Notes under the pieces: model-generated
What the model was told of the DNA's origin: nothing
The model's database searches: none
Seen by the model: the letters and a program-made list of their open reading frames with translations, nothing else
DNA from: Candidatus Bathyarchaeota archaeon
GTDB taxonomy: Archaea > Thermoproteota > Bathyarchaeia > 40CM-2-53-6 > RBG-13-38-9
Direction of reading: 5' to 3'
DNA: 64,000 nucleotides
Assembly: GCA_963807605.1 (NCBI GenBank)
Contig: CAWECG010000004.1
Span: forward strand, 96,001-160,000
Shown here: positions 59,032-64,000 of the stretch, one piece after another
Layout of the letters: each line of letters begins with the position of its first letter
How positions within the stretch are numbered: the stretch's first letter is position 1
Position numbers and translations under genes: made by a program

Positions 59032-60324
59032 CTACATGAACTGTTCGAGACCAGTCTTACTCACGGTTTGTTCGTCTGATTCATCGATGTTAGAAGTAGA
59101 GAGTTCAATCCGGCCATAAACCCCATCGTAGCCGGGGATCACCTTGACCCTATTCTCCCTGACCCTTATTATGGCTTCAGCTAGATTAGGTCCCACCGCA
59201 TCATTAAGCGAGTCTCGGCTGGCATCCAACAGGACACTGTATTCACTGCCGAATCTTGCAATCAACTTATTGTAGGTTTCCCAAACCCTTGGGCTTGACG
59301 GCTGTTCAACTCTAATGACCGCCGCAACGACCTCGGAAAGTGGCAGCAAACACACAAAACCCGGTACTCCCTTCGGCTGGTATCCTTCAGGTCTGTCAGC
59401 AAGTTCTTCGACTCTTTGTTCAACGCCCTTGGTCAGAGGACGACGACACTCGGGACAGATATTCTTAGATTGAATCGCTTGGCGAGGGGACAATGACACG
59501 CCACAGTTCCTATGTCCTGTCCAGTGATACTTGCCGTAGGCAGGATCCGTCTCTATTGTAAACTTCAGTCTGCTACTATCCTTCTTCCTTATCGCTTCGG
59601 TTATTCCTGTAAAAGTCGGTCGCTCAAGTTCGAAGACATTAGCTTCCCTACCCATCCTCCAAGGCCAAGCTGAATGGCTATCAGAATTGGAGACCAGCGT
59701 GTAACGGTCAAGCTTGCTCAGCCGCCAATTCATCCTTGGATCAGAGGAGAGGCCGGTCTCAAGTGCGAAGATGTGTCTGGAAGTATCACCGTAACACTCC
59801 TCGATGCTGTCAAATCCGGAGTTGGCAGCTAGCACACTGAACCAAGGCGTCCAAGCATGAGCGGGAAAGATGAGATTCGCGGATGACGTCTCCATGACCT
59901 TTTCAACAAGCTCAGAGGCCGAGATGTCGAGTATGGGCCTCCCGTCAACTGAGAGATCTCCGTATTGCTTCAACCTGTCCGCTATCTGCTCAGCAACCTC
60001 GATTGAAGGTGACAAGACTACATGGTGGATCTTCTTTGTCCTGCCATTAAAATCAAAAATAGTGCAGAGCTCAGCTGTAATCATGAGACTAACTCTTTGA
60101 CTGCCTGAAGGTAGGATGTAAAGTCCCGTGTCTTCCAAAGGCTTGAGCTCAGTCTTCAGCTCTTTCATCCAGAGCGGGTGTGTAAAATCCCCAGTGCCTA
60201 CTACTGAGAGGCCTTTGATCTGGCCGTACCGCTCAATCTCTCTAAGAGTCATATTCTGACTTGTAGCTCGGCTGAACCTTGAGTGAATATGCAAGTCCGC
60301 GATAACTCTCAATACGTAAACCAC
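59032..60324 (-). CDS. Endonuclease Q family (PHP domain) DNA repair nuclease
   Basis: DLHIHSRFSRATS, GTGDFTHP, PAHAWTPW, ETGLSSD, NSDSHS, Zn finger and PGYDG.YG motifs. Confidence 0.9.
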   Translation of the reverse strand: MVYVLRVIADLHIHSRFSRATSQNMTLREIERYGQIKGLSVVGTGDFTHPLWMKELKTELKPLEDTGLYILPSGSQRVSLMITAELCTIFDFNGRTKKIHHVVLSPSIEVAEQIADRLKQYGDLSVDGRPILDISASELVEKVMETSSANLIFPAHAWTPWFSVLAANSGFDSIEECYGDTSRHIFALETGLSSDPRMNWRLSKLDRYTLVSNSDSHSAWPWRMGREANVFELERPTFTGITEAIRKKDSSRLKFTIETDPAYGKYHWTGHRNCGVSLSPRQAIQSKNICPECRRPLTKGVEQRVEELADRPEGYQPKGVPGFVCLLPLSEVVAAVIRVEQPSSPRVWETYNKLIARFGSEYSVLLDASRDSLNDAVGPNLAEAIIRVRENRVKVIPGYDGVYGRIELSTSNIDESDEQTVSKTGLEQFM

Positions 60325-60517
60325 GCATGCCGAATTGGACAGAACCTTACATTCAGATGAGTTAAGTCATTCTGTCCGATGTTTCCAGAAAAAACCCTCA
60401 CGCACGGGCGTTAATGGGAATTTATATCTGCAACCCTGCCAATAGGGGTCGAAAAGTAGATAGACTCGAGGAAATCGGATTAATCTTCCAAGAGACTCTG
60501 GGAGGGCATGAAAAGCA

Positions 60518-61966
60518 ATGAGCACGAAGGACATTGGAATAACGGTACGCAAGTCTCAAGACTTCTCAGAATGGTACACCCAAGTCGTAACAAAGGCAGG
60601 GCTTGCAGACTACTCAGTCGCCAAAGGCTTCATGGTTCTGATGCCCTACGGATACTCGATGTGGGAGAAGATACGCGAATTCATAGACGCAAGAATCAAG
60701 GAGACAGGACATAGGAATGCCTACTTCCCGGTATTGATCCCTGAGAGTCTGTTAAAGAAAGAGGCTGAGCATTTCACAGGTTTCACACCTGAAGTATTTT
60801 GGGTCACCCACGCAGGTGACACGGAACTCGGGGAGCGGCTGGCTGCAAGACCTACCTCCGAGACAATAGCCTACTACTCATATGCGAAGTGGATCAAAAG
60901 CTGGAGAGATCTACCTCTTCTGCTCAATTTCTGGAACTCTGTGCTCAGGGCAGAGATTACGGCTACGAGACCTTTCATCAGGACGAGTGAGTTCCTCTGG
61001 CAAGAGGGTCACACAGTTCATGAAACCAAAGAGCAAGCAGATGAGGAGGTCATGATGATCCTTAGACTCTACCGTGAATTGATAGAAGACTTCTTAGCCA
61101 TTCCGGTCGTTGTGGGGAAGAAGACGGAGCGCGAGAAGTTCCTCGGAGCACTCTATACAACAACACTTGAAGCTATAATGGGCGATGGCAGAGCGCTCCA
61201 AATGGGCACCTCACATAATCTCGGTCAAAATTTCTCGGTTCCATTTGAGATCAAATATCTCGGCCGCGATGAGAAGGAACACTTCGCCTGGCAGGCCTCT
61301 TGGGGGGTCTCATGGAGGCTGATAGGAGCGGTCGCCATGGTTCATGGTGATGATAAAGGCTTGGTTCTTCCACCAAAGATCGCTCCGATTCAGATAGTTA
61401 TAGTCCCCATCTTCTTCAACGACGAGGAGAAGAAGATAGTCGACGCCAGGGCTAGAGAAGTCTATAACATGCTTAGAGAAGCACGGCTGTCCGTCGAGTA
61501 CGACTCTAGAGAACAATTAACGCCGGGCTGGAAGTTCAATGAGTACGAGATGAAAGGCGTTCCCTTGAGGATCGAGATAGGGCCAAGAGATGTCAGAGAA
61601 AGTAAAGTTGTAGCTGTAAGAAGAGATACGAGAGAGAAATCGTCAATCAACTCAAACGACTTATTGAGAGAAGTCTTGAGTCTCTTGGATTCCATTCAGA
61701 ACAATCTGTTCCAGAATGCTAAGCGATTTCTGGAGGGCCACACGGAGATGGTCAACAGTTATGATCAGTTCAAGAGGGTCCTTCGTGAGAGAGGCGGATT
61801 TCTTAAGGCCTGCTGGTGTTCAGGACAAGAATGCGAAGATAAGATAAAAGAAGAGACTGGGGCGACGATAAGAGCCATCCCACTCGAGCCTGAACACGTC
61901 TGGTCAACATGTCTTTACTGCGGGAAGACGGCTGACAAGGCTGCGTACTTCGCTCGTGCGTACTAG
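60518..61966 (+). CDS. proS: Proline--tRNA ligase (archaeal/eukaryotic type)
   Basis: FSEWY, RPTSET, EFLWQEGHT, GTSHNLG and HGDDKGL motifs; ends FARAY. Confidence 0.97.
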   Translation: MSTKDIGITVRKSQDFSEWYTQVVTKAGLADYSVAKGFMVLMPYGYSMWEKIREFIDARIKETGHRNAYFPVLIPESLLKKEAEHFTGFTPEVFWVTHAGDTELGERLAARPTSETIAYYSYAKWIKSWRDLPLLLNFWNSVLRAEITATRPFIRTSEFLWQEGHTVHETKEQADEEVMMILRLYRELIEDFLAIPVVVGKKTEREKFLGALYTTTLEAIMGDGRALQMGTSHNLGQNFSVPFEIKYLGRDEKEHFAWQASWGVSWRLIGAVAMVHGDDKGLVLPPKIAPIQIVIVPIFFNDEEKKIVDARAREVYNMLREARLSVEYDSREQLTPGWKFNEYEMKGVPLRIEIGPRDVRESKVVAVRRDTREKSSINSNDLLREVLSLLDSIQNNLFQNAKRFLEGHTEMVNSYDQFKRVLRERGGFLKACWCSGQECEDKIKEETGATIRAIPLEPEHVWSTCLYCGKTADKAAYFARAY

Positions 61967-62168
61967 TGCACGCGCGGGTACGATTGCTTATCCGAAGCTA
62001 GAAAGCTCCAAAGTGTAACGTAAGCGATATTTTCAGATGTCAATCCCTAGCGAAGTTGGGTCTAAAACAAGTACTCAAGGGTGAGGTCGCGCCTGCCTTG
62101 TGGCAGGCTCTGTCAAGTCTTCGTCTGATCGTTGGGACTGTAAAAATTCGTCGGATAAGCCCGTTCGT

Positions 62169-62405
62169 TCAAGTCTCTTGTGCTTTTCTTATGAGTGGCA
62201 AGCTCTCCGAAATCAGTTTGTAAAAGGCCTCTAAGTCGGGAAGGGACATGTGAATGTTTGCATATATTCTAGGAGGCTTGTATACGGCTTGTCCAAATGA
62301 GAGCCGAATCATTCCCTTCTTCCAATTAACTATAAAATAATCGGCGTAGGAATCAAACCTAATGTCTTCAATGGGTTTCTCTTTTTCTGTTGCCAAAGCC
62401 CTCAT
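62169..62405 (-). CDS. Small hypothetical protein (DUF3467-like), probable cargo
   Basis: Y.D.F.V.....IRLSFGQ......ANIHMS pattern. Confidence 0.5.
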   Translation of the reverse strand: MRALATEKEKPIEDIRFDSYADYFIVNWKKGMIRLSFGQAVYKPPRIYANIHMSLPDLEAFYKLISESLPLIRKAQET

Positions 62406-62588
62406 TCCTTGCGACTACATTTATAAGTACGCGATTCCGAGAAAGATAAAGGGTGCGGTGGCTTGGAGACATTTAACGGAACTGATGAAACGCCCGTGTC
62501 TGCTTATTCAATGTCTGCACCTCCTCCAATACCTCCTTCGTGGAAAAGTTCATGCGTTCCAGAACGTCCTTGGAACAGCAAGGTGGAG

Positions 62589-62783
62589 ATGTCAACGATG
62601 ATTGAACAAAAGGCAAACCTCGTCCTTGATACTTGGAGGGTTCGCTATGAATCACCACCGTTGACCGAACAAGAGTTAAAAGATATTCACAGTGGAATCG
62701 AAGAAATCCGTTCCGGTAAGGCCAAGCATTTTGTAAGTATTCGTGAGACACTTGAGTGGCTCCATCGCAAACGCACAGAGTAG
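62589..62783 (+). CDS. Putative type II antitoxin
   Basis: SD-like AGGTGGAG immediately before ATG; LTEQE...I..G.EEIRSGK.K.F.S..E.L.WL; overlaps the toxin gene. Confidence 0.65.
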   Translation: MSTMIEQKANLVLDTWRVRYESPPLTEQELKDIHSGIEEIRSGKAKHFVSIRETLEWLHRKRTE

Positions 62784-63054
62784 CATTTGGAGTTTCGACA
62801 TAACTAGAACTTTCGACGCTGGCTACGCATCAAAGGACAAGGAGAACCAGCTTCGGGTTGACGATGCCCTAACGATGTTAAGTTCCAGCAAACAACCGCA
62901 AAGACTAGGAGAACTCAAGAATACGCCAGACGGGCGTGTTCTCGTCTATGATATCGGGCTTAAGTACCGTCTCAGTTATCGTGTCGCATTCACTACTCGA
63001 ACAATCCAACTTCTTCGTGTCTGTGACCACAAGACGGTTTACGGCAAGGATTAA
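62743..63054 (+). CDS. RelE/ParE-superfamily toxin
   Basis: About 90-100 aa; TRTF...Y, P..LGELK, YRLSY.V and I.LLRV.DHK.VY motifs. Confidence 0.75.
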   Translation: MRHLSGSIANAQSSIWSFDITRTFDAGYASKDKENQLRVDDALTMLSSSKQPQRLGELKNTPDGRVLVYDIGLKYRLSYRVAFTTRTIQLLRVCDHKTVYGKD

Positions 63055-64000
63055 GTCTTTTTGATTTTTGCGTTTTGTATTAATGTCATCCATTTGTCTT
63101 GCCCCTCAACTCTGATTCCACACGCTTCCGCTGGTGTTCTTCCTTCTAGGGCTTCGTGTGGTCTGATGTAGTTGTGAAAGATTTGATAACCTGTCAGAAT
63201 TGGTGTATCAGACTTCTTTAGACCTCGCATAACCTTCTCTCGGTCTCGAATCTCACCGTTGAGCCGTTCCATCTTGTTATTGTTCCTGTCACCTTGAATC
63301 CTGATGTGACTGACGTGTTGAGGTCTCGGCTGTCCGTGTTGCCAAAACTCCTTACGATAAGCATCATGATACGCTGGCAGTCCGTCAGTGATTAACAACA
63401 TAGGCTTCTTACCTGCAATTTCCTTGCCCATTCGAAATAGTGCCCTAGCATCATGGGTGAATTTGGTTTCAGCTACTTCTTGAGCTATCCAGAAGCGTGT
63501 CTCATCATCCATCAACGCAAAGAGGTACTTCATATTGCCTCTGACTTTCAAGTAGAGTTCGTCGGCTCTCCAAGTGTCTGACACTTGAGGTTGAATCTTG
63601 TCGAGATACTTCTTCATAAGAGCCATGTACTTGCCTATCCAGTTGTGTATAGTTTGGTGACTAACGCTTACTCCGATAAGCCTCAGAGACTTTGAAGTAT
63701 TACGCAGTGACTCTCCACTGAAGTACAGTTGCATAGCGGTTGTGATTCCTTGCGGGCTATGCTTCATCTTCTCGAAACCAATATTAATCGTGAAGTATTT
63801 TCTGCAATCTTTACAGTTGAACTTCTGAATGTCACCATGCCTGTTATGTCTGACTCCATCCCTCACGACCTTGGATGAACCGCAGAAGATACAACTGTGA
63901 ATGTCAGAAATCGGCTCGATAACCCTAGCTTGAACTTCCCTTCTTAACTTACGGCTGAATTCAACTGCCCAAATATGCTTGCACTTTACGCCTCTGTGGA
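63051..64000 (-). mobile_element. IS6-family DDE transposase with N-terminal SWIM-like and Zn-ribbon motifs; 5' end outside window
   Basis: WRADE, ITDG, NNKMERLNG and HNYIRPH..L.GRTPAE motifs; upstream frame continues as KCKHIWAV...CIFCGS. Confidence 0.9.

Noticed and set aside
62091-62108. Hairpin GCCTGCC-TTGT-GGCAGGC as proS terminator
   Set aside because: It lacks a U-tract, lies about 125 nt from the stop and overlaps a candidate IS end, so its function cannot be assigned.
1-64000. CRISPR arrays, rRNA, tRNA, C/D-box sRNAs, and the many short antisense ORFs in the track
   Set aside because: No repeat-spacer array or RNA-gene signature was recognised by eye, and partial C/D-like words were not convincing. 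The antisense ORFs are shadows of well-supported genes.

Overview
Chromosomal segment of a TACK-superphylum archaeon, most plausibly Bathyarchaeia. The lineage is inferred from the co-occurrence of CdvA/B/C, SMC-ScpA-ScpB, TFB, TFE-beta, fibrillarin/Nop5, CysRS and EndoQ. Most of the window is housekeeping: translation and RNA modification, molybdopterin synthesis, tRNA synthetases and Cdc6/Orc1. Mobile DNA sits at both ends, with a tyrosine recombinase at about 2-3 kb and an IS6-family transposase with a toxin-antitoxin cargo at 62-64 kb. Two signals stand out. (1) The RNase HII gene is interrupted inside its catalytic DEAGRG motif by a 26-nt insert that folds into a canonical bulge-helix-bulge (BHB). 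Removing it at the canonical cut sites exactly restores the frame, so it is a candidate tRNA-endonuclease-spliced mRNA intron. (2) An expanded, translationally coupled ESCRT/Cdv division operon (cdvB-cdvA-cdvB-cdvC-Lrp-permease-ATPase-cdvB-cdvA) embeds a minimal FtsX/MacB-type permease and an FtsE/LolD-type ATPase with degenerate motifs. Also noted are apparent non-canonical starts in that operon, a one-base frameshift in smc, an unannotated acidic Trp-repeat microprotein and a Pro/Gln/Tyr repeat protein. All family calls come from motif recognition by eye; no database searches were run.
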